Below, piece after piece: positions 42,456 through 56,121 of a stretch of 64,000 bases of DNA. Below the pieces are notes generated by a model. That model did not search any database. It was not told the origin of the DNA and saw only the letters and a list, made by a program, of their open reading frames with translations. The stretch lies in NCBI GenBank assembly GCA_965200125.1, contig OZ241332.1:2187792-2251791 (forward strand), given 5' to 3'. The translations under genes were made by a program, and so were the position numbers. Source of the DNA: an uncultured Candidatus Binatia bacterium (GTDB lineage: Bacteria > Desulfobacterota > Binatia > Bin18). Position 1 is the first letter of the stretch; the number at the start of each line of letters is the position of its first letter.

Positions 42456-42480
42456 GTACGCACGGTTTCCATCTCACGCA

Positions 42481-42552
42481 GGCTGGCGATAGGAGTTGAA
42501 CCTACAACCTACTGATTACAAATCAGTTGCTCTACCGTTGAGCTACGCCAGC
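42481..42552 (-). tRNA. tRNA-Thr (TGT)
   Basis: Manual fold; anticodon loop UUUGUAA. Confidence 0.85.
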
Positions 42553-42786
42553 GTTCCGGCGGCACGGAGTCCCGTAGCCCAATGATGTTTTAAGGAATCA
42601 GGACCTTTCCGAAAAGAACCGGCTCGTGATTGGAACGGCAGATGAGTCTAGCCTACGCAGGCCGGACCGTCAAGAGTGGACACCCCTGTGCCCCCGCACC
42701 GGAGGAGCGTACCTCTCATCGTCACGACCCGGGCGTTTCCCGCGAAAATCATGAAGTCGCAAGCGGAATTCTACCGCCGCGGCGGC

Positions 42787-43539
42787 TCACGTCCCCCGTA
42801 GCTGACGCAGACGCTCGTACAGCACGATGCCTCCGGCGACCGACACGTTGAGCGAACCCACTTGGCCGGACATCGGGATCGAAACGACGTAATCGCAGGT
42901 TCTTTCGACCAGTGGTCGCATTCCCCCGCCTTCGCCGCCCAGCACGAACGCGGTCTTCCGGCGCAGGTCGAGGTCGTAAACGGTATCTGGGGCGTATGGA
43001 GCGAGCCCGACTAGCCAGTATCCCGCAGACTTGAGGGACAGGAGGGCCTGTCGGACGTTTCCCACGAGCGCAATCGTCAGATGCGCCGTCGCGCCGGCCG
43101 CGGTCTTTTCGACGCTCGGGCTGATGTGGGCAGAGCGGTGTGTACTCAGAACGACGCCACCGACCCGAGCCGCCTCGGCCGTCCGGATCAGGGCGCCGAG
43201 ATTGCGGGGATCGACGACCTCGTCGAAGACCAGCAGACAATCGGGCGCATCGCGCAGGAGATCGGACAAGGACCGGTACGGGAACGGCTGCGCCTGGGCC
43301 ACGACGCCTTGGTGGCTTCCGCCGTCGGTCAGCGCGTCGAGAACATCCTGCGACACCCACCGAACGCGAATTCCCTTCTGCTCTGCCTGCGCCAGGAACG
43401 CCGCGGTCTTTGGCGTGCGGAGAGCGAGAATCGTGTCGATCGTCGCCGGGTTGGCGCACAGATATTCGCGGACCGGTCGAACGCCGTATATGATCCGCCG
43501 TTTACAGGGTGCCGGTTTTTTCCTAGGATTCCGAGGCAT
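42787..43539 (-). CDS. rlmB: 23S rRNA (guanosine-2'-O)-methyltransferase RlmB (SpoU/TrmH family); the start is uncertain
   Basis: SpoU_sub_bind-like N-terminus and the SpoU methylase C-terminal motifs (GNV..LGGEG..SLNVS). Confidence 0.75.
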   Translation of the reverse strand: MPRNPRKKPAPCKRRIIYGVRPVREYLCANPATIDTILALRTPKTAAFLAQAEQKGIRVRWVSQDVLDALTDGGSHQGVVAQAQPFPYRSLSDLLRDAPDCLLVFDEVVDPRNLGALIRTAEAARVGGVVLSTHRSAHISPSVEKTAAGATAHLTIALVGNVRQALLSLKSAGYWLVGLAPYAPDTVYDLDLRRKTAFVLGGEGGGMRPLVERTCDYVVSIPMSGQVGSLNVSVAGGIVLYERLRQLRGT

Positions 43540-44716
43540 GGGGATGATATTGGTCCGCTACATTTTACGCGAAGTGAGTCTGCCCTTCTGTCTGAGTCTC
43601 TTGATTTTCACCTGCATCCTGCTCGCCGCCCGTATCCTAAAACTCGTCGATCTCCTGATCAATCGAGGCGTTTCCGTCGTCCACGTCGGGAAGATGCTGT
43701 TGTTCGTGCTACCGTCTTTTCTGGAAATGACGGTGCCGATGGCATTCCTGCTCGCGGTCCTGTGGGGATGCGGGCGCCTTTCGACGGACCGGGAAGTCGT
43801 GGCCCTCAAGAGTTGCGGCATTGGTCTGCCGCAGATCGCGCTTCCGGTCGCCGCCCTGGCCGCGATCCTGATCGCAAGTTCCTTTTTCCTGACCCTGACA
43901 GTCCGACCGTGGAGTAACGCCGGACTCGACCGCGTGTTCTACGACATCTCCAGGACCCGCGTGACCGCAGGACTGAAAGAGAAAATTTTTCACGACGAAT
44001 TCGAAGGCTTGGTCATCTACGCCGAAGAGATCACGTCTCCGGGCACGCGCCTCGCCGGGGTGATGATTGCGGACAGCCGCACGTCCCATAGACGGGATAC
44101 GATTTTCGCGCAGAGCGGACTCATTCTGCCGGGCGAAGACGGCACCCTGACGCTGCGTCTCAACGAAGGGACGGTGTATAGCGCGCGGCAGACGGAGGCC
44201 GACCGTCAGATCACCCACTTTTCCGCCTACGACATCACGCTCGACACGACCGCCCTGCTCCCGAACGTCGACAAGCCGACGCACAGCCCCAAAGACATGA
44301 CGACACCCGAACTCCTGACCATCCTCGGCCGAGGCCGCGAAGACGGCGGTCGGTACGACAAGGCACGCGTCGAGTTTCACCGCCGATTGGCGCTGCCGTT
44401 TGCCTGCTTGGTGTTCGGACTCGTTGCCCTGCCGTTGAGCGTCCGCGGGGTGGCGGCTTCGCGGACCGTGGGATTCACCGTCAGCCTGGGTATCATCCTG
44501 CTGTATTACATGCTGCTCAGTGCCGGAGAGAGCTTCGGAAGGAGCGGCCAGATGCCTCCTGGCGTCGCGCTCTGGATGCCGAACGTCGTTCTGGGGGGCG
44601 TGGGGGCGTGGCTATTCGCTCGGGTGACGCAGGAAAAACCTCTGTTTCCTTTCAAAGTGGAAATATCCGGATTTCTGCCGACGAGGCCGGCGTTCTCGTG
44701 GACGTCGACACGCTGA
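43538..44716 (+). CDS. lptF: LPS export permease LptF (YjgP/YjgQ family)
   Basis: MGMILVRYILREV start; 6 TM helices plus a periplasmic domain. Confidence 0.8.
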   Translation: MGMILVRYILREVSLPFCLSLLIFTCILLAARILKLVDLLINRGVSVVHVGKMLLFVLPSFLEMTVPMAFLLAVLWGCGRLSTDREVVALKSCGIGLPQIALPVAALAAILIASSFFLTLTVRPWSNAGLDRVFYDISRTRVTAGLKEKIFHDEFEGLVIYAEEITSPGTRLAGVMIADSRTSHRRDTIFAQSGLILPGEDGTLTLRLNEGTVYSARQTEADRQITHFSAYDITLDTTALLPNVDKPTHSPKDMTTPELLTILGRGREDGGRYDKARVEFHRRLALPFACLVFGLVALPLSVRGVAASRTVGFTVSLGIILLYYMLLSAGESFGRSGQMPPGVALWMPNVVLGGVGAWLFARVTQEKPLFPFKVEISGFLPTRPAFSWTSTR

Positions 44717-44719
44717 GCG

Positions 44720-45832
44720 ATGCGGCGGCTCGGGCGTATGGAATCCACCGTTTCGTCCTTCCCTCCCCGGTTGATTGCACGGTACTTGTGCACGGAATTC
44801 CTGCGATTCTTTACGCTGTGCCTGCTGCTGTTCCTGGCGTTGTCGCTCCTGGTCGATTTTTTCGACCGCTTTCACACTTTCGTCAAACATCAGGCTCCGC
44901 CCGGGGCGGTCGTCCGGTATTTCCTGTTCAAGCTGCCGTTGTACGTCTGGCAGGCCGTTCCGGCCTCGGCGCTGGCCGGGTCGTTATTGAGCTTGGGCAT
45001 TCTTTCGCGCCACAAGGAACTCCTCGCACTCAAAGCCTGTGGCGTCGGTCCGTGGCAGATTGCCGCCCCGTTGCTCTGCGCCGCGGGGGTGTTGAGCGTC
45101 GCCGGCTGGACGTGGAACGAAAAAGTCGTTCCCTACGCCTACCAGACCTCGCGTACGATTCATGCCGTCGACATCAAGAAAAAATCCCAGACCCGATTCT
45201 TCCACACGCAGGGGTTCTGGTATCACGGCGCCAACGGCTTCTACCACATCGACCATTTCGACTCCCGGCATAACGTGCTGTCGGGCCTGACCGTGTATAG
45301 GCTCGGTGTGGACTTTCAGATTCGGTCGGTCGTCCGGGTCGCCCGCGCGACCTGGAACGACGGAAGGTGGCGATACGAAGGAGCAGAGGAAAACGAACTG
45401 CAGGCCAGTGCGAACCCCACATCCGGTTCGGCCTCGGTGCTGCTGTCCGAAACGCCGGAGGACTTCTCGCTGGCGACCCAGAAAGCCGAGGAGCTCTCTT
45501 CGGATGCACTCAGGGCGTACATCGAAAATTTGCAGCAAAAGGGCCTCGATACGACCGAGTATCAGGTCGATCTGGGGCTCAAGACCGCGGTCCCGTTCGC
45601 CGCCTTCGTCATGACCCTGATCGGGGCCGCTTTAGCCGTCCCCGGCTCTCGACAGTTGGCCCTGCCGGCCGCGGTCGGCGCAGCGCTCGTCGTCGGCTTC
45701 GGCTACTGGGTTTTTCTGGCGTTCACCGTTGCGCTCGGACACGGCGGGGTGCTGCATCCCACCATCTCGGCATGGTTGGCGAACGGGGCCGCTGGAGCGA
45801 TCGGGATGTACTTTCTGCTGGGGATCGATTGA
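44720..45832 (+). CDS. lptG: LPS export permease LptG (likely start MESTV at 44738)
   Basis: Paralogous to LptF; RYLCTEFLRFF. Confidence 0.8.
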   Translation: MRRLGRMESTVSSFPPRLIARYLCTEFLRFFTLCLLLFLALSLLVDFFDRFHTFVKHQAPPGAVVRYFLFKLPLYVWQAVPASALAGSLLSLGILSRHKELLALKACGVGPWQIAAPLLCAAGVLSVAGWTWNEKVVPYAYQTSRTIHAVDIKKKSQTRFFHTQGFWYHGANGFYHIDHFDSRHNVLSGLTVYRLGVDFQIRSVVRVARATWNDGRWRYEGAEENELQASANPTSGSASVLLSETPEDFSLATQKAEELSSDALRAYIENLQQKGLDTTEYQVDLGLKTAVPFAAFVMTLIGAALAVPGSRQLALPAAVGAALVVGFGYWVFLAFTVALGHGGVLHPTISAWLANGAAGAIGMYFLLGID

Positions 45833-45845
45833 TCGGGAGCAGGAG

Positions 45846-46244
45846 TTACCGCTTGGAGTATTGGGGCCGCTTGCGCGCCTTGTGTCGCCCGTACTTCTTC
45901 CGTTCGACTTCCCGCGAATCGCGGGTGACGTATCCTTCCTTCTTCAGCAGTGGCCGAAAGTCGGGATTGGCTTTGATGAGCGCCCGGGTGATGCCGTGAC
46001 GAATGGCCGCGGCTTGCGCGGAATTGCCACCGCCCCGAACGTTGGCTTTGACGTCGAACTGGGTTTCGGTTTTGGTCAGGATGAGAGGTTGACGAGCAAT
46101 CATCCGCACGGCTTCACGGCCGAAGTACTCGTCGAGGGACTTCTTGTTGACCGTACAATTGCCGTCCCCTGGGAACAGCCGTACACGCGCAATGGCGTTC
46201 TTCCGTTTTCCCGTTCCCCAACATTCTTCAGGTGCGTCAGCCAT
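45846..46244 (-). CDS. rpsI: 30S ribosomal protein S9
   Basis: C-terminal [11 protein letters not shown]. Confidence 0.95.
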   Translation of the reverse strand: MADAPEECWGTGKRKNAIARVRLFPGDGNCTVNKKSLDEYFGREAVRMIARQPLILTKTETQFDVKANVRGGGNSAQAAAIRHGITRALIKANPDFRPLLKKEGYVTRDSREVERKKYGRHKARKRPQYSKR

Positions 46245-46276
46245 GGTGTGCTCTGCCTTGATTGCTTGCGATCCGC

Positions 46277-46714
46277 CTAGTTCGAGGCGGCCTGCAACTG
46301 GGCCGCGTGCGGGTGCTCTGCGTCGGGGTACACTTTCAGCTTGTGAGCCAAGCTGCGGCCAAGTGCGTTTTTCGGCAACATGCCCGCAACCGCCTTCTTG
46401 ATGATTTCCTCGGGCGCCGACTCCAGAAGTTCCTCCGCGGAGCGGCTGCGGATGCCGCCGGGATACCCCGTGTGTCGGTGGTACTGCTTCTGTCGCAGCT
46501 TCTTCCCGGTGAACCGGACGTGGCGCGCATTCACGACCACGACGAAATCTCCGGTATCGATATGGGGTGAGAAGGCTGGATTCCGTTTCCCGCGCAGGGT
46601 GTCGGCGAGTTCGCTGGCGAGCCGGCCGACGACGCGCCCTTTCGCATCGAAAAGATGCCAGCGCCGGGCGGCGAGGGCGCGGTCGCGCGACAGGGTGAGG
46701 GTTTCCTTCTTCAT
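46277..46714 (-). CDS. rplM: 50S ribosomal protein L13
   Basis: Conserved L13 sequence. Confidence 0.95.
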   Translation of the reverse strand: MKKETLTLSRDRALAARRWHLFDAKGRVVGRLASELADTLRGKRNPAFSPHIDTGDFVVVVNARHVRFTGKKLRQKQYHRHTGYPGGIRSRSAEELLESAPEEIIKKAVAGMLPKNALGRSLAHKLKVYPDAEHPHAAQLQAASN

Positions 46715-46754
46715 GGTGCGCTGCCCACGCTTCGTCGCAGAGGGAGGGGGGAGG

Positions 46755-46829
46755 CGGGGCCGACGAGACTCGAACTCGCGACCTCCGGCGTGACAGGCCG
46801 GCGTTCTAAACCAGCTGAACTACGACCCC
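46755..46829 (-). tRNA. tRNA-Asp (GTC)
   Basis: Manual fold; anticodon loop CUGUCAC. Confidence 0.85.
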
Positions 46830-46838
46830 ACCACGGTA

Positions 46839-46910
46839 TGGGCGGTATCCGGTTTGAACGGATGGCCCTCGGCTTGTAAGGCCGATGCTCTTCCACTGAG
46901 CTAACCGCCC
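46839..46910 (-). tRNA. tRNA-Val (TAC)
   Basis: Manual fold; anticodon loop CUUACAA. Confidence 0.85.
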
Positions 46911-46918
46911 CTCTGTTC

Positions 46919-47000
46919 GGACGACTCGGCCCGGTGGCGAGCATGTCCTCCTCTGAACGAAGGCCAGTGCTCTACCACCGGGGTATTTCCCCGTCAATCC
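46919..47000 (-). terminator. Extended imperfect stem-loop(s) between the lon stop and tRNA-Val. It contains a GGTAGAGCACTGG segment identical to a tRNA D-arm motif
   Basis: CCCGGTGG..GAGCA..TGCTC..CCACCGGG nested pairing, plus CGGGGaaataCCCCG. It does not complete into a tRNA. Confidence 0.4.
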
Positions 47001-47010
47001 CCCGACGGTC

Positions 47011-50737
<3,727 letters not shown>

Positions 50738-50899
50738 ATCGACTCCTTAGAACCGCGAGTCACCCCTGGCGCGGAGCGGAGGCAGTTCGACCGGACGGAT
50801 GAAGGGACGGCTGGGGGGGAAGGCGTCGTTCTCGACAGCGTGTCGTTCGAGACGGATGCGCGCGTTCATGTCACACCTCACGACGGAAAGGCGGCCATC

Positions 50900-52219
50900 C
50901 TAATCGTTTTCCGGCGTATCGGCAACGTCGGCGTGGACGGTCCGGACATCGGCTTTTTCGACAACGGCACGCAACGCCTCTTCTCTGAGCAGCCGCGATT
51001 GCAACGTCCGGCGGTTATCGGCGTCGGCGTACAGCGCCTCGACCTGTTGGCGTTGCTCGGCGTTGGCTGCGGCGAATTCGGCAACTTTGGTATTGACCGC
51101 GTCCTCGGACAGCGTCAATCCCAACTGTTCGACCAGCGCGTCCAGCAACCAGGTCGTCTCGATCTGGCGTTTGGCACGTGCCGTCAGATCCTCGCGCACC
51201 GCCTGGGGAAGCGCCGGGTCGTCGAACGCCATGCCGTCGCGGGGCTGTAGTCCGGTTTCCACGAACAGGCGTTGCGCGTGTTCCCGTACCAAACCGGGCG
51301 GCACTTCGACCGGATGGCGGCGCAACATCTGGCTCACCAGATCGCTTTCCATCTGCTGTTCCGCCCGGCGTTCAGCAGACTGCTCCAGATTCTCGCGCAG
51401 CTTGGCGCGCAAGGCTTCCAGCGTGTCGCATTCCCCGTGGTCTTTCGCGAATTCGTCATCCAGACGTGGCACTTCCTTTCGGGCGATGTCGTGAATAGTC
51501 ACCTGAAAATCCGCGCTCGGCGCGTCCGGCGGTGCGTCGGTACCCGCCTGCGGTGCTTGGGGCAACGGTAGGGAAAAGCTCAGCCGGTGGCCTTTCCGCG
51601 CCCCGATGATCTTTTCCTGAAACCCGGGCAGCAGCGTCTCCCTGCCCATCTCCAACAGCCGTCCGGTCCCTTCCAGCCCGGCGATAAGCCGACCGTCCCG
51701 CTCCGCATGATAGTCGAGTCTGACCACGTCGCCCGCCTCGACGTGGTCGCGGTCTGCAATAGGGTGCAACTGGGCCAACGAGTCGGCCAACCGCGCCAAG
51801 GTGTCGTCGACCGCCTGCTCGGTCACGGGCGCGATTTTCTTATCGACCGCCAAGCCCTCGTATGCGACGTGCCGTACCTCGGGCTTGGTCTCGACGGTCG
51901 CCGAGTAACAGAACGGGCTGCCAGCCACCAACCGTTCGGTCACGACCTGGGGCTGTGTGACTATCGCAAGTCCGTGTTCCCGAATCGCTTCGGGGAGGGA
52001 TTCTTCGACGAGCGCCGAGCCGACTTCGGAGGTAATCTGTTCGCCGAAACGGCGTTCGATGACGCGGCGCGGCACTCGGCCGGCACGGAATCCCTTCAAT
52101 TGCACTTGGCTCTGATACCGCTGATAGGCGCGTTCCAAACCGGCGTGTACCCGGTCGGCGGGAATTTCGATGGAAATCTTCGTCCGGACCGGACTCAACG
52201 GTTCGATCGAAACCTTCAT
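50900..52219 (-). CDS. tig: Trigger factor
   Basis: GFRAGRVP ribosome-binding motif. Confidence 0.9.
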   Translation of the reverse strand: MKVSIEPLSPVRTKISIEIPADRVHAGLERAYQRYQSQVQLKGFRAGRVPRRVIERRFGEQITSEVGSALVEESLPEAIREHGLAIVTQPQVVTERLVAGSPFCYSATVETKPEVRHVAYEGLAVDKKIAPVTEQAVDDTLARLADSLAQLHPIADRDHVEAGDVVRLDYHAERDGRLIAGLEGTGRLLEMGRETLLPGFQEKIIGARKGHRLSFSLPLPQAPQAGTDAPPDAPSADFQVTIHDIARKEVPRLDDEFAKDHGECDTLEALRAKLRENLEQSAERRAEQQMESDLVSQMLRRHPVEVPPGLVREHAQRLFVETGLQPRDGMAFDDPALPQAVREDLTARAKRQIETTWLLDALVEQLGLTLSEDAVNTKVAEFAAANAEQRQQVEALYADADNRRTLQSRLLREEALRAVVEKADVRTVHADVADTPEND

Positions 52220-52282
52220 ACGTTACCTTGTCGCGTAACAGGGAGAGAATGGACGGCGGGGGTTCCGCTAGATGAGAGTTAC

Positions 52283-52367
52283 ATGCGAGAGGGGGGACTT
52301 GAACCCCCACCCGCTCCAAGCGGACTAGATCCTAAGTCTAGCGCGTCTACCAATTTCGCCACTCTCG
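52283..52367 (-). tRNA. tRNA-Leu (TAG), long variable arm
   Basis: Manual fold; anticodon loop CUUAGGA. Confidence 0.85.
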
Positions 52368-52385
52368 CATATCGAAAACGGGAAT

Positions 52386-52458
<73 letters not shown>

Positions 52459-52579
52459 CGCGGGCACCTTATCCAGTATCGGCGGAGGTGGCAACGGGAG
52501 CCGCGACAACGCTGGCAAAAGGACGTGCCAATTGCGGCCAAGAACACTGACGGCAGGAATGAATCGGGAAGGGAGAACG

Positions 52580-52653
52580 GGTGGGTGAAGGGACTCGAAC
52601 CCTCGACTCCTGGGACCACAACCCAGTGCTCTACCAACTGAGCTACACCCACC
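52580..52653 (-). tRNA. tRNA-His (GTG), with encoded G-1 and discriminator C
   Basis: Manual fold; anticodon loop UUGUGGU. Confidence 0.85.
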
Positions 52654-52656
52654 GTA

Positions 52657-52730
<74 letters not shown>

Positions 52731-52782
52731 GCTTAACTATTTGCTGGAGGTTCGGCGCCCTGTCGCCGGCCGTTCCGTCGAA

Positions 52783-52856
52783 TCGGGGCGAGCCGATTTG
52801 AACGGCCGACCCCCTGCTCCCAAGGCAGGTGCGCTACCAGGCTGCGCTACGCCCCG
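52783..52856 (-). tRNA. tRNA-Pro (TGG)
   Basis: Manual fold; anticodon loop CUUGGGA. Confidence 0.85.
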
Positions 52857-52910
52857 ACATTGTTAAGTCTTACTCGAAACGACTGTAACGCGGCTACCCT
52901 ACCACGCCAT

Positions 52911-52936
52911 CCGACACCGGACAATTCAGGTGTCGG
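52911..52936 (-). terminator. Hairpin CCGACACC-10 nt-GGTGTCGG downstream of the nuoN stop
   Basis: 8-bp perfect stem; the tail is not U-rich. Confidence 0.4.
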
Positions 52937-52963
52937 AGAGGAGGCGAAGACACACCCGACTCT

Positions 52964-54478
52964 CTAGCTCCCCATGAAGAAGCGCGTCGAACGGTCGGCG
53001 AAATCGAAGACCGGAGCCCAATATACGCCGAGAATGACGGTCGCCACGCTCAGGACCGCGAGGAGCGAACCGTTGTGGGGATCGAGGGTGACTTCGCCGT
53101 CCGCTTCGGTCGGCTCGTCGAGGAACATCGTCTTCACGATCTTGGCGTAGTAGTACAGCGAGACGACGCTGTTCAGAATGCCGACGACCGCCAGCCAGTA
53201 GAATTGCCCCTTCACGACCGCGGCGAACAGGTAGAATTTCCCGATGAATCCGGCCAGCGGCGGAAGGCCGGTCAGAGAGAACAGGAAAATCGCCATGGCG
53301 ACCGCGAGCGCGGCGCCGCCCCGCCACGCCAGACCGCGAAAACCGGCCAAGTCCTCGCGGCCGGTGTTGTTGGCCACGACCATCACGACGATGAACGCGC
53401 CCAGGTTCATCAAGTAATAGACCACGATGTAGAACAGCATGGCGCGGAGACCCTCGTCGCTGAGCACGACGAAGCCCATCAAAATGTAGCCGGCGTGGGC
53501 GATACTCGAATAGGCGAGCAGCCGTTTGACGTTCTGCTGGTTGAGCGCGGCCAGATTGCCCAACGTCATGGATACCATGGCGAGGATGAGCATGAGTTGC
53601 GGCCACTCGACCCCGGGCACGAATTGCCACAGCCCGGCTTCCCCGCTCTGCGACAGTCCGGGATAGAAGAACCGCATCAGCAGCGCGAATCCGGCCGCCT
53701 TCGAGCCGACCGACAGAAAGGCCGTCACCGGGATTGGCGCCCCGTGGTACACGTCCGGCGCCCACATGTGAAAGGGAACCGCGGCGATCTTGTAGCCGAA
53801 GCCGGCCAGCATCAGGACCAGCGCGATGAACAGGGTGAGTTGGTCGGGCGCGTTCTGCAGCAGCGCCGCGTTGATCTCGGCGTAGTCCAGACTCCCGGTC
53901 AATCCGAAGATCCAACTCATGCCGTAGATCATGGTGCCCGAAGCGACCCCGCCGTAGATCAGGTATTTGAGGGCGGCTTCGCCGGAACGCCGATTCCGGG
54001 TCAGGTATCCCGTCAAGACGTACGACGTCAGGCTGACGAACTCCAACGACAGGTACGCGACGAGCAGGTTGGTCGCGGACGCCATGAAGAACATGCCCAG
54101 GCCGCTGGCCAGCAGAATGCCGTAATACTCCCCTTGGTTCGGGCCGTCGATTTCCTTGGAGCCGAGCGACATCCAGACGGTGCCGACGAGCGATAGCGAG
54201 AGAATCACCTTGAAGAAGACCGAGAAATTGTCCAGCGCGATCATGCGATGGAACAGCCATCCCTGCCCGGACGCCTGCAACCCGTCAATCAGCCGCAGTC
54301 CGAAGAACGACAGGCCCGAGGTGAACACCAGGGCGAGCGTGGCCCCCACGAGGGCGAGATTCCCGATCCGTTCCTTGTCCCGGACGAACAGGTCGGCGAG
54401 AAAGATCGCCAGAATGGTGACGACCAGCATCCCCTCGGGGTAGAAGTAGGCCAGACTGTCGATGCTGCCGAGATTCAT
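52964..54478 (-). CDS. nuoN: NADH-quinone oxidoreductase subunit N
   Basis: 14-TM antiporter-like subunit; operon position. Confidence 0.9.
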   Translation of the reverse strand: MNLGSIDSLAYFYPEGMLVVTILAIFLADLFVRDKERIGNLALVGATLALVFTSGLSFFGLRLIDGLQASGQGWLFHRMIALDNFSVFFKVILSLSLVGTVWMSLGSKEIDGPNQGEYYGILLASGLGMFFMASATNLLVAYLSLEFVSLTSYVLTGYLTRNRRSGEAALKYLIYGGVASGTMIYGMSWIFGLTGSLDYAEINAALLQNAPDQLTLFIALVLMLAGFGYKIAAVPFHMWAPDVYHGAPIPVTAFLSVGSKAAGFALLMRFFYPGLSQSGEAGLWQFVPGVEWPQLMLILAMVSMTLGNLAALNQQNVKRLLAYSSIAHAGYILMGFVVLSDEGLRAMLFYIVVYYLMNLGAFIVVMVVANNTGREDLAGFRGLAWRGGAALAVAMAIFLFSLTGLPPLAGFIGKFYLFAAVVKGQFYWLAVVGILNSVVSLYYYAKIVKTMFLDEPTEADGEVTLDPHNGSLLAVLSVATVILGVYWAPVFDFADRSTRFFMGS

Positions 54479-54505
54479 GGCGGGCGTTCCGTCACGTGCG
54501 GGGAA

Positions 54506-56065
<1,560 letters not shown>

Positions 56066-56121
56066 AGCGGCTCCTTAACGACACGGCTTCGGAACGGGCG
56101 TTCGGGGGAGCAGACTTCGCA

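Noticed and set aside
46919-47000. Possible additional tRNA upstream of tRNA-Val
   Set aside because: It has only a D-arm-like fragment. There is no T-loop (GTTCRA) and no acceptor pairing.
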